A stretch of 27,319 nt of DNA from Candidatus Heimdallarchaeota archaeon (lineage in GTDB: Archaea; Asgardarchaeota; Heimdallarchaeia; Heimdallarchaeales; Kariarchaeaceae). A program made the translations under genes and the position numbers. Location of the stretch: contig WAKA01000015.1 of NCBI GenBank assembly GCA_015523565.1, forward strand, positions 1-27,319, given 5' to 3'. The notes beneath the pieces were generated by a model. That model was not told the DNA's origin. It saw only the letters and a program-made list of their open reading frames with translations, and searched no databases. Positions within the stretch are counted from its first letter, which is position 1, and each line of letters begins with the position of its first letter. Below are positions 1 to 8,078 of this stretch, piece by piece.

Positions 1-1191
1 CCTTATGCCCTCGCAGAACAGGCAAAGCTTTTCTGTTTAAGACATGGAAATTACCGAGGTGCAGTCATATTCAAGGCTATTGAATCCATCCTTGCAATTC
101 CATTCATCAGCTCATCAGCTGGATTTCTTATTCTTGACATGCCCCCTGTGGATCAAGAATCACTTGAAGAATTCAAAGGGGAAATGCAGGAACAATTGGA
201 AGAAGTTGCTGAAAAGTTATCCACTATTTTGGGAAAGGAAGAGGGGCAAATGCCTAAAAAGGCAAGAGAAATGATCTCTGAGCTGATGGATGCCAATGAG
301 CAAAACCTTGCAAAATTGGATTTCAGAAACATCAGGGAGGAAAAGGCCAGGGAATTTGCCTTGCAGTATTATCAACTGGAATTCCCATTAAGACCATGGA
401 AACGAAAAAAAGCATTGAAAGAATTTGCTGAAAAGTATCACTTGGATCCAGAAGAAGCTGAATTTAATCTTATGAATATGAGTTTCAAAATACAGGCTGG
501 ACAGGAAGATGAAGACCTGATAAATAATCTTCTGATTACTGCCGCCCTAAAGGCCATTATCATGGAAGAACAAAAGTTTTCTGAATACTTCGAGGATTTG
601 GAACTCGGGCAGATCAGCACAGGTCTTGCTTTTGGTGCACGTCAATTCTTGAAAGATCATTATTCATTCAAGACCCCTTGGGAAAAACGAAAAGACAGGA
701 TAAAGAATTTCTTTATTGGTATATTTGCCTTGCCTATCGTATTGTCTCAAGATTTGTATGCATATGCAATCGGCTTTTACAGGTATTGGGTCGGACGTTT
801 TGCAATGATGAGAAGACGAAATATCCTTTCATTCATTAAAATGCGTTATCTGGAGATTGTGGATCAACTTGAAGTCATCCCTTCAAAAATAAGGGAGGGT
901 ATTGCCAAAATAAAGAAACGTGATAAAAAGACAAAGCAACAGCAAAAGCAAAAGAAGCTTCAAATCAAGAGAATCTTCCGCCAACTTGGTGTTGCACTGA
1001 TTGAGTTCGTCCTTTTGCCATTCAAGGTTGCCTATAAGTTCATTCTTTGGCTGGTAGGGCTCATATTCTCAAAGAAGGTTGAAAAGAAGGAAACTTTTGA
1101 AAGCGAAATCGCCCATGTTGCCTTGGTGTCAATGTACGATGAACTGTTCAAGACACTAATGCTTTCTTCCAGAATGAGTACTGGATATTAG
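1..1191 (+). CDS. Hypothetical membrane/coiled-coil protein, probably 5'-truncated by the window edge
   Basis: The frame of the 139..1191 ORF is open back to base 1 (PYALAEQAKLFCLRHGNYRGAVIFKAIESILAIPF...), so the true start probably lies upstream. It has Glu/Lys-rich helical segments and hydrophobic stretches (FFIGIFALPIVL; LGVALIEFVLLPFKVAYKFILWLVGLIF). No family recognised. Confidence 0.75.
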   Translation, partial: PYALAEQAKLFCLRHGNYRGAVIFKAIESILAIPFISSSAGFLILDMPPVDQESLEEFKGEMQEQLEEVAEKLSTILGKEEGQMPKKAREMISELMDANEQNLAKLDFRNIREEKAREFALQYYQLEFPLRPWKRKKALKEFAEKYHLDPEEAEFNLMNMSFKIQAGQEDEDLINNLLITAALKAIIMEEQKFSEYFEDLELGQISTGLAFGARQFLKDHYSFKTPWEKRKDRIKNFFIGIFALPIVLSQDLYAYAIGFYRYWVGRFAMMRRRNILSFIKMRYLEIVDQLEVIPSKIREGIAKIKKRDKKTKQQQKQKKLQIKRIFRQLGVALIEFVLLPFKVAYKFILWLVGLIFSKKVEKKETFESEIAHVALVSMYDELFKTLMLSSRMSTGY

Positions 1192-1235
1192 ACATTTAGA
1201 AATCCCTAAATACCTAAAACCATTCCCTTAACTAA

Positions 1236-1919
1236 ATGGCTTTACTTGAAATCTTCCTTGTTCAATTTCCAATTGGTTTTTTAACCTCACTTAGCCCTTG
1301 TCTTTTTCCATTAATGCCTTCCTACCTTGCAATCCTTGCCAAAAACAAACAAAACTCTACATTCCATGCCATCCTTTCTGTCCTTTCCATGATGGCTGGA
1401 TTACTAATCGTCTATACGCTCTTTGGACTAATTGCTTCAACTATCATCTCATTTTCTGAATTCGTGCTTGCCAATCAATCTGCCTTCTTTATTTTCCAAG
1501 GTTTGCTCCTCATTGCTATTGGGATTCTCCTTATCCACTCTCCACAAATAATACGTCGTATCCCAATTCCAAAATTTGTTGATAACATGCTTTACGGTGA
1601 ACAAACAGAAAACAATATTCTCTATACCAGCTTTCTTATCGGACTTTTTTTCACATTTATTGCTGCCCCTTGTGCAGCATCATATTTCCTTTTGTCTTGG
1701 AGTTCCGCTGCATTCCTTCCATTTCCTGAACGTTTACTTTCCTTTCTGTTCTTCACACTTGGCGCTTCTGTCCCTTTTGCTGTCATGGCTCTTCTAGTCC
1801 CTGAATTGAAAGCTACATTCATTCAATCACTCAATAAATCAAGCGAACTCCTCCAAAAGATTGTAGGTGCAGTTGTTATTCTCAGCGGATTATGGCTAAT
1901 ATTCACTCGGGGAATCTAA
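1236..1919 (+). CDS. ccdA: CcdA/DsbD-family transmembrane thiol:disulfide electron transporter (cytochrome c biogenesis type)
   Basis: About six TM helices carrying the two conserved Pro-Cys motifs: GFLTSLSPCLFPLMPSY and FIAAPCAASY. Confidence 0.88.
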   Translation: MALLEIFLVQFPIGFLTSLSPCLFPLMPSYLAILAKNKQNSTFHAILSVLSMMAGLLIVYTLFGLIASTIISFSEFVLANQSAFFIFQGLLLIAIGILLIHSPQIIRRIPIPKFVDNMLYGEQTENNILYTSFLIGLFFTFIAAPCAASYFLLSWSSAAFLPFPERLLSFLFFTLGASVPFAVMALLVPELKATFIQSLNKSSELLQKIVGAVVILSGLWLIFTRGI

Positions 1920-2284
1920 AAATTCTCAATTAAAACAATAATGAACCTGATAAATGCCATTATCGCCAAAAGCCAAAAAACAGCAATGGTCGCAAAGAAG
2001 AATTTGTTCATTTTCTCCATTCCTGTAATCAATTCGTCAATATCAGACCCAGATGTCAAAATAATGTTCTGAATATGCTTCAGAGGTGCAATGAATGTTG
2101 CACCCAATACAAATAATCCAATCCCAAAACCAAATGTTTCAAGTTCAAATGAATTTGATAATGAAAGGGTAATCAACATTGTCCCCGCCAAAAATGATGA
2201 AAATGCCAAAAGCAGTATTCTCATCACAAACTGAAGAAAGATTTTGTTTTGATCTTCTGTAAACTCAAAAGTCATTTCAATCAC
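1916..2284 (-). CDS. Small 3-TM hypothetical membrane protein, paralogue of 2277..2645
   Basis: 122 aa with motifs FEFTEDQ and NIILTSGSDIDELITGMEKMN shared with the upstream gene. It overlaps that gene by 8 bp. Confidence 0.75.
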   Translation of the reverse strand: MIEMTFEFTEDQNKIFLQFVMRILLLAFSSFLAGTMLITLSLSNSFELETFGFGIGLFVLGATFIAPLKHIQNIILTSGSDIDELITGMEKMNKFFFATIAVFWLLAIMAFIRFIIVLIENF

Positions 2285-2645
2285 CTATTATAATTTGGAT
2301 CATTGCCAAGACTGTGGTCAAAATGAAGAAAATGGAAATCACTAGAAATCCAAAATTGAACTCTTTCAATCCTTCCATTAATTCTTCTATGTCTCGTCCT
2401 TCACTTACTGAAATTTTCTTGAAATTATCTGAAGGTCTAAACAATAGCAATGAAACCCCCAAGGTTCCTGCAAATGCTATTAGATTATTTATAAGTTTTA
2501 ATGAGATTGGCTCTTTTATCATAATCAATATTGTTGTGCTTAACCCGAAAAGACCAATCAAGAAGATCGCAGAACTGAATATCATAATTTGGTTTCCAAA
2601 AATCCACATCTTTTCTGCTTCTTCATCAGTGAATTCATATGACAT
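2277..2645 (-). CDS. Small 3-TM hypothetical membrane protein, paralogue of 1916..2284
   Basis: 122 aa with YEFTDEE and KKISVSEGRDIEELMEGLKEFN motifs and three hydrophobic segments. Confidence 0.78.
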   Translation of the reverse strand: MSYEFTDEEAEKMWIFGNQIMIFSSAIFLIGLFGLSTTILIMIKEPISLKLINNLIAFAGTLGVSLLLFRPSDNFKKISVSEGRDIEELMEGLKEFNFGFLVISIFFILTTVLAMIQIIIGD

Positions 2646-2932
2646 ATTTTGAACTGATATCTAAATCATAAAAATATCTAACCATAATTATGGGATAAAT
2701 GTAAAAAAAATAAAATTATTCCGATATGTTTCCAATTTGAACTCTCGTTTATTCTCCACTTAAAGGATAGTGTCTTCATCAAATTTTGACTATTTTAAAT
2801 ATGGATTTCAATTGAACAATGTACAGTCTATTCCGTATCTCAGAAATCAAATTTTAATTATTTTGTATGTTGTTTTCATTACAAACTGAATACTATGGTT
2901 GTGGTACAAATTTAATTATTCGTTGTACTTTT

Positions 2933-4087
2933 TTATTGGTTTTTTGTTCCGCAATTATGACAAAAAATTGCTTCTTTTGGTAATTCAACTCCACAATTGT
3001 TGCAATATCTATTTTCTGGATTATCCAATGCTTGGGATTCTGGTTCAAGTGTTGTTTGGTGTTGCACTGGCTGATTTGATGAAATTAATTGATCTGTCTT
3101 TGATTTATGTTCTTTCACTTTCTTCAGTTGACTAAGGACTTTAACCTGTTTGGTTGCCTTGTCATATTCCATTGGATAGCCATAATCCAATATCAATGTC
3201 ATGATCATGTTTTCAACTTTGTTTGGATCTGCCTGCAAAATGTCACTGATCGTATCCAAACTATGGGTTGCTGGATATGGAGGTCTGTCAAGCAAGTTCA
3301 AGATACGTCTTTTAAGTTTGTACCGATTCTGCATGTTTGCCCAAGTGCCAATTGCAATTATTATGCTGAATATGACAATTCCGCCAGAATTGCCAGCAAC
3401 TCCAATGAAAAACAAAGCCAAAGCAATAATGAACCCTGCCTTGTCATTTACTGCAAAATCTTCTTCGGTAAATGTTTGCTGATTTTTGATTTGTGATTCG
3501 CTTGATGGTGACATGACCTTCTCTGGATACTTCTCTGAGTACCAAATGAGTGTGATCACAAGGAAAACAAAATACAATGGAATGGAAATTTGTGCAATCA
3601 TGATGAAAACCCCAAACATGCTTAATATTCCCAGGAAAAGAATAATTGCCATAAGGTCTGCATGGGCCAATACAATGTGAAACCTTACCTCAAAACTCTC
3701 ATTGTTTGTTAGGACTAACTTATACGTACGTCTTTCCAATGACTCAAAATGAATGACCTGTGAAGGGCTTAAGTTCTTAACGAATGTCCAATTTCCATTG
3801 GTTTTTTCCCAAAGCTCAATTTCCACATTTGGATTATTGTCATGAGAATTGCCATTGTTTTGGGGAATGGGAGCGATGATAAGTTGGGCACTGTTTCCTC
3901 CATCATATTGGAATATGTATTCTGAGGCTTTGTTGCCTTTAACAATAACCTCGTTATAATTAGGCTGGGCTGAATTGACCAAAATCATTGTTGCAGGTAT
4001 CAGCAACAAAACAAGAAACAGACCAACCTTCACAACCCATTTGAAATGGTCAAAAAATCGATCAAGGATGAATTTGTTTGTTCCCAT
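2933..4087 (-). CDS. Membrane protein with extracellular beta domain, PCI-like winged helix and C-terminal zinc ribbon
   Basis: N-terminal TM is followed by an Asn-rich beta-strand region and further TM helices. It then has SLDTISDILQADPNKVENMIMTLILDYGYPMEYD (winged-helix pattern) and a terminal YCNNCG-x9-FCHNCG zinc ribbon. Confidence 0.8.
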   Translation of the reverse strand: MGTNKFILDRFFDHFKWVVKVGLFLVLLLIPATMILVNSAQPNYNEVIVKGNKASEYIFQYDGGNSAQLIIAPIPQNNGNSHDNNPNVEIELWEKTNGNWTFVKNLSPSQVIHFESLERRTYKLVLTNNESFEVRFHIVLAHADLMAIILFLGILSMFGVFIMIAQISIPLYFVFLVITLIWYSEKYPEKVMSPSSESQIKNQQTFTEEDFAVNDKAGFIIALALFFIGVAGNSGGIVIFSIIIAIGTWANMQNRYKLKRRILNLLDRPPYPATHSLDTISDILQADPNKVENMIMTLILDYGYPMEYDKATKQVKVLSQLKKVKEHKSKTDQLISSNQPVQHQTTLEPESQALDNPENRYCNNCGVELPKEAIFCHNCGTKNQ

Positions 4088-4260
4088 AATTTACAATACG
4101 TGCATTAATGATTTAAATATTGTCATTTGTTTATCCCAAAGGGGTAACAAAATTTGTTGAATTTTATCACCTTTGCACTTGCTTGGTTCTTCCTATTTTT
4201 GCAAGAATTAACCGAACATATTTTGAAGGAAGAAATAAGAGAAAAGTTGGCGTGCTTTCG

Positions 4261-4995
4261 ATGCGTGGTGATAAAATAATGGCAATCATCCCTGCATTCA
4301 ATGAAGAGCAGGCGATTGGTAGCACTGTTGAAACTGTCAAGCCATATGTTGATCAAGTCGTGGTGGTTGATGACGGAAGCACGGATAGGACAAGACAAAT
4401 TGCAAAAGAGCATGGTGCCACTGTAATTAGCTATTTGCCAAACATGGGGAAGGGAACCGCACTATACATGGGTGCAAAATATTTCATGGAATCTGACTGC
4501 GAATTCTTGTTTACAATTGATGGGGACGGACAACACAGACCTGAATACATCCCTGAATTCATGAAAAAATTTGAGGACCCCTCGGTCGACATGGTTGTTG
4601 CATCAAGATTTGGAACTGTTGATTGGATTGAAAACATGCCTTTCATAAGAAAGCTCTCAAACTTACTCTCTCGGTTCGGACTCTGGATACTATATAATGG
4701 ATTTGTTGTGGAGGATCCGCAGAATGGGTTTCGAGCATATCGCAGACGAGCCGCCAAAATCCTTAATTTCAAGCCGAAACGCAAAGGAAGATATGGATTT
4801 GAGGCAGAAACGGAAATATTGATTGATGCAAGAATTAAGGGACTTAAGATTGAGACTGTGCATTTACCTTCAATTTACTTTGAAGACCGTGTCTCCAAAT
4901 TTTCCTTGTTCAAGGACACTTGGACAATTCCTGGTGTCATGCTCAAAAATTTTTTCAAGAGAAAACCATGGTTGTATAGACGAAATTTCAAATGA
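4261..4995 (+). CDS. Glycosyltransferase family 2, DPM1/dolichol-phosphate glycosyltransferase-like
   Basis: Motifs IIPAFNEE, VVVDDGSTD, NMGKGTA, IDGDGQH (DxD), DPQNGFRAY and FEAETEIL. I placed the start at ATG 4261 rather than the ORF-track TTG 4120. Confidence 0.88.
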   Translation: MRGDKIMAIIPAFNEEQAIGSTVETVKPYVDQVVVVDDGSTDRTRQIAKEHGATVISYLPNMGKGTALYMGAKYFMESDCEFLFTIDGDGQHRPEYIPEFMKKFEDPSVDMVVASRFGTVDWIENMPFIRKLSNLLSRFGLWILYNGFVVEDPQNGFRAYRRRAAKILNFKPKRKGRYGFEAETEILIDARIKGLKIETVHLPSIYFEDRVSKFSLFKDTWTIPGVMLKNFFKRKPWLYRRNFK

Positions 4996-5023
4996 CTGTC
5001 TTTCATAATTGCTTTAGCTCATG

Positions 5024-6463
5024 CTATTGGCGTTTCCAAACTGTTGTACCTTTAACGTCCTCTAGCACAATACCCAAAGATTTCAATTGATCTCTGATAT
5101 GATCCGCCATTTCCCAATTTTTTTCAGAACGTGCCTGTTGTCGGATCTGCAATAATAGATCCATCAGCCCTGAAAATGTCTCAGACGTCTCTTCTGTCTG
5201 TTCAAATAATCCAAGGACAGAGAGCATTCGCTTATATCTCAAAGAAATGTCAACCCAAAAAGTGCCGTCATTCTCCGTTTCCTTTCTGATTGTATTGTTG
5301 ATATCCTTCACAAATGAATGGAGAACTGACAATGCCTCAGGAGTGTTGAAATCATTGGCAAGTGCTTTTGCAAACTGGTTTTCATACATCACTCCCTTTT
5401 CTGCCAATTTCTCCAAGGCTTTTGATTTCTTGAAATGCCCCTTCTTTTGTGTCCGTGCAACCAATTGTTCCAATGTGGTCTTGAAACGCTTCATCTGGTT
5501 TTCTGCCTCTTCCAATCCTTCTTTGCTATACTCTAGGGGCTTTCTGTAATGTGCTTGCAACATGAACAGCCGAAGTGTATCCCCATCAAATCTCTGTAGC
5601 ACTTCCTTGATTGTGAAGAAATTTTTCAGGCTTTTGCTCATCTTCTCTTTGTTGATTGTCACAAAGCCGTTGTGAAGGAAATAATTTGAAAACTTCTTTC
5701 CTGTATATGCCTCTGATTGGGCAATTTCATTGACATGATGCGGGAATGCAAGATCTTGACCACCGCCATGGATATCCAACGTCTCACCTAAATAATGCAT
5801 GGACATGGCTGAACACTCAATATGCCATCCCGGTCTCATCCTTCCCCAAGGAGTTTCCCAATAAGGCTCTCCTTCCTTTGATTTCTTCATAAGTGCAAAA
5901 TCTGCCCTGTGTTCCTTTTCCAGAGGGTTTCCATCTTCTTCAACCGATTGTGATTCCTCAAGGTTGAAATTGGTCATCTTTCCATAATTCTCGAACTTTT
6001 GCACACGGAAATAGACACCACTTTCCTTGACATATGCATATCCCTTGTCAATCAATCCCTTGACAATCTCAACCATGTCATCTATATGTTCCGTTGCCTT
6101 TGGCCTGATTGTAGGCGGCAAAATGCCCAAGCTTCGGAAATCATCCTCTACACTTCTGATAATCCGTTTTGCAAGCTCTGGCACTGAAATGCCTTCCTCA
6201 TTGGCACGATTGATCATCTTGTCATCAATATCGGTGTAATTGGAAACATAGTATACCTTGTATCCAAAATACTCAAGAACACGTCGAATTATGTCAAATG
6301 CAATTTGACTTCTGGCATGACCTACGTGTGCATTGTCATAAACCGTCGGCCCACATACGTACATCCTAACAATCCCTTTCTCCAAAGGTTTGAATGGTCT
6401 GATCGAATGGGTCTGTGTATCATATACCTGCAACGTTATGTGGGCTTGCTCTTCGGCTTGCAT
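5024..6463 (-). CDS. cysS: Cysteine--tRNA ligase
   Basis: MYVCGPTVY, HVGH (HIGH), GRMRPGWHIECSAM, DIHGGGQDLAFPHH, KMSKS and a C-terminal ADHIRDQL anticodon-binding helix. Start is ATG 6463 or TTG 6484. Confidence 0.97.
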   Translation of the reverse strand: MQAEEQAHITLQVYDTQTHSIRPFKPLEKGIVRMYVCGPTVYDNAHVGHARSQIAFDIIRRVLEYFGYKVYYVSNYTDIDDKMINRANEEGISVPELAKRIIRSVEDDFRSLGILPPTIRPKATEHIDDMVEIVKGLIDKGYAYVKESGVYFRVQKFENYGKMTNFNLEESQSVEEDGNPLEKEHRADFALMKKSKEGEPYWETPWGRMRPGWHIECSAMSMHYLGETLDIHGGGQDLAFPHHVNEIAQSEAYTGKKFSNYFLHNGFVTINKEKMSKSLKNFFTIKEVLQRFDGDTLRLFMLQAHYRKPLEYSKEGLEEAENQMKRFKTTLEQLVARTQKKGHFKKSKALEKLAEKGVMYENQFAKALANDFNTPEALSVLHSFVKDINNTIRKETENDGTFWVDISLRYKRMLSVLGLFEQTEETSETFSGLMDLLLQIRQQARSEKNWEMADHIRDQLKSLGIVLEDVKGTTVWKRQ

Positions 6464-6564
6464 AACTCGAATGTTTCTCAACAATTCAATTTAATAAATC
6501 ATATCTTTGTAGGCATTAACCCTTTGCAACAAATTTTTTTATCATGGTCTCCTTTCTATGTTAG

Positions 6565-7002
6565 ATGACAACCAACCGAAGAAAGGACAGGGTTGCGACA
6601 ACTTTCTGGTTCGACAAAAAACTCAAGGAACGCCTTCAGCAGACAGCTTCAAGCATGGGATCCACATTGACTGATCTAATCAACAGGGCTGTTGAAATCT
6701 ATTTGGACAGGGGATATGTTCATGACGATGAAATGTCACAAAAAATGGCAATATCTGAAATAACCAGTGAACTTCATTCATCCACCCAATTTACGGACAA
6801 AATCAATGAACTTGACGACAAAATTCGGGGATTAAGCGCTAGAGTTCAGGCCCTTGAAGAAGAACGGCAAAAGGAGGAAAGAATCACTCCTGAAACAGTA
6901 CAGAACCAAATCAGCATTCACTTTGAATCAAAAGTTCAGCCACTTTTGGGAAGATTGAGCCAATTAATACAACGACTGGGTGAACAAGAGCAGAACAAAT
7001 AA
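6565..7002 (+). CDS. Ribbon-helix-helix (CopG-like) DNA-binding protein with C-terminal coiled coil
   Basis: RVATTFWFDKKLKERLQQTASSMGSTLTDLINRAVEIYL fits the RHH strand-helix-helix pattern. The heptad region is DKINELDDKIRGLSARVQALEEE. Confidence 0.75.
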   Translation: MTTNRRKDRVATTFWFDKKLKERLQQTASSMGSTLTDLINRAVEIYLDRGYVHDDEMSQKMAISEITSELHSSTQFTDKINELDDKIRGLSARVQALEEERQKEERITPETVQNQISIHFESKVQPLLGRLSQLIQRLGEQEQNK

Positions 7003-7022
7003 GTCTTATTTGTCTTTCAATT

Positions 7023-7979
7023 TCACTCTTGTTTGTATTTTCCCACAATGGCGGCTAATGTCTCAACTGGTGTTCCTTGCAGAATTACGCAGCTAGGTGC
7101 CAAGATAAATGGGTATTCATTTGCATAATTCCTCAACATATCCACGTTAGGAGAGGTTCCTGCAAGTAAGGCATCTGGATCCAATCCTGCCAACAATCCC
7201 CCCTTAAACAACTCATGTGCCTCCCCTATCGACGGCCAAGAATTATAGTGCCAATTGACTGAATCTGGATTGAAAATATCCACTGCCTCTTTGAAAAGTA
7301 CATTGTCTCCATGTACGTGGAGTACATTGAATTCACCTTTGGAAGCTTTGGCAAACTTCCTGTTTAATTCTAGTGCTTCCTTTAGTTGCTCATCTGAAAT
7401 GCCATTTATCCTTTCTGCCTCCTGAGTGGCCATAAAAATTCCGCTGGCTCCAGCTTCCACTCCTGCATTCATGAATTGGATGGTTACGTCTTCAACAATC
7501 TTGTATGCATCCATCACTGCCTCTCGATTTTCAAGAAAATCTTTTGTAAAGCGCTTCCCTGTTAATTTCCTCATCACCATTGTGGGAGAGAATACTGTTA
7601 GCATCAAAGGGGTATCTGGAAACTTATTTTTCAAAAGTTTGACAATTCTCAATTGATCTGCATAATGTCCATCTGTCGGATCAACCCATTGGATCTTTTC
7701 ATAGTCTTCCAATGAATTCACTATGCATTCTTTACAAGAAGAACTCCCGCTTTTTCCTTTTTCATTGCTCCCCTTCTCAATAGAGCATCCAAAATCAACT
7801 ACGGGATACCTGCCATGAAGTGGAATCTTGATGATATCGGACGGAACTGCCTTTTGAAAACTCTCTATTTCATCAACCAATTTTTCAGGCTGAAAATCAA
7901 CCTCAGGAAAATGTTGCCAAACTGAAACAAGCCTTCTGCCTGTTGTTTCCCCAAAAAGTTCTGGATAACTGTCTTTCAT
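7023..7979 (-). CDS. Uroporphyrinogen decarboxylase (URO-D)/methyltransferase-like TIM-barrel protein
   Basis: WQHF, TVFSP, AGVEAGASGIF, LHVHG, GGLLAGLD and FILAPSCV motifs. The start is set at ATG 7979 (MKDSYPE) because the longer ORF-track start overlaps the divergent gene. Confidence 0.8.
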   Translation of the reverse strand: MKDSYPELFGETTGRRLVSVWQHFPEVDFQPEKLVDEIESFQKAVPSDIIKIPLHGRYPVVDFGCSIEKGSNEKGKSGSSSCKECIVNSLEDYEKIQWVDPTDGHYADQLRIVKLLKNKFPDTPLMLTVFSPTMVMRKLTGKRFTKDFLENREAVMDAYKIVEDVTIQFMNAGVEAGASGIFMATQEAERINGISDEQLKEALELNRKFAKASKGEFNVLHVHGDNVLFKEAVDIFNPDSVNWHYNSWPSIGEAHELFKGGLLAGLDPDALLAGTSPNVDMLRNYANEYPFILAPSCVILQGTPVETLAAIVGKYKQE

Positions 7980-8078
7980 GACTGCACCTGAATGGAAGTA
8001 ATAATAAGAAACTTTTTGCAAAGTGTCTGTAGAATTGTGAAAAGAAATACATAGAATGTTTTGAACAATGACAAAACA

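Noticed and set aside
2646-2932. AT-rich ~290-bp gap as a possible ncRNA or pseudogene
   Set aside because: Only short interrupted frames are present, with no recognisable tRNA/ncRNA structure or homology visible by eye.
4120-4260. N-terminal extension of the GT2 ORF from TTG 4120
   Set aside because: It does not resemble GT2 and occupies the divergent promoter region. The fold begins just after ATG 4261.
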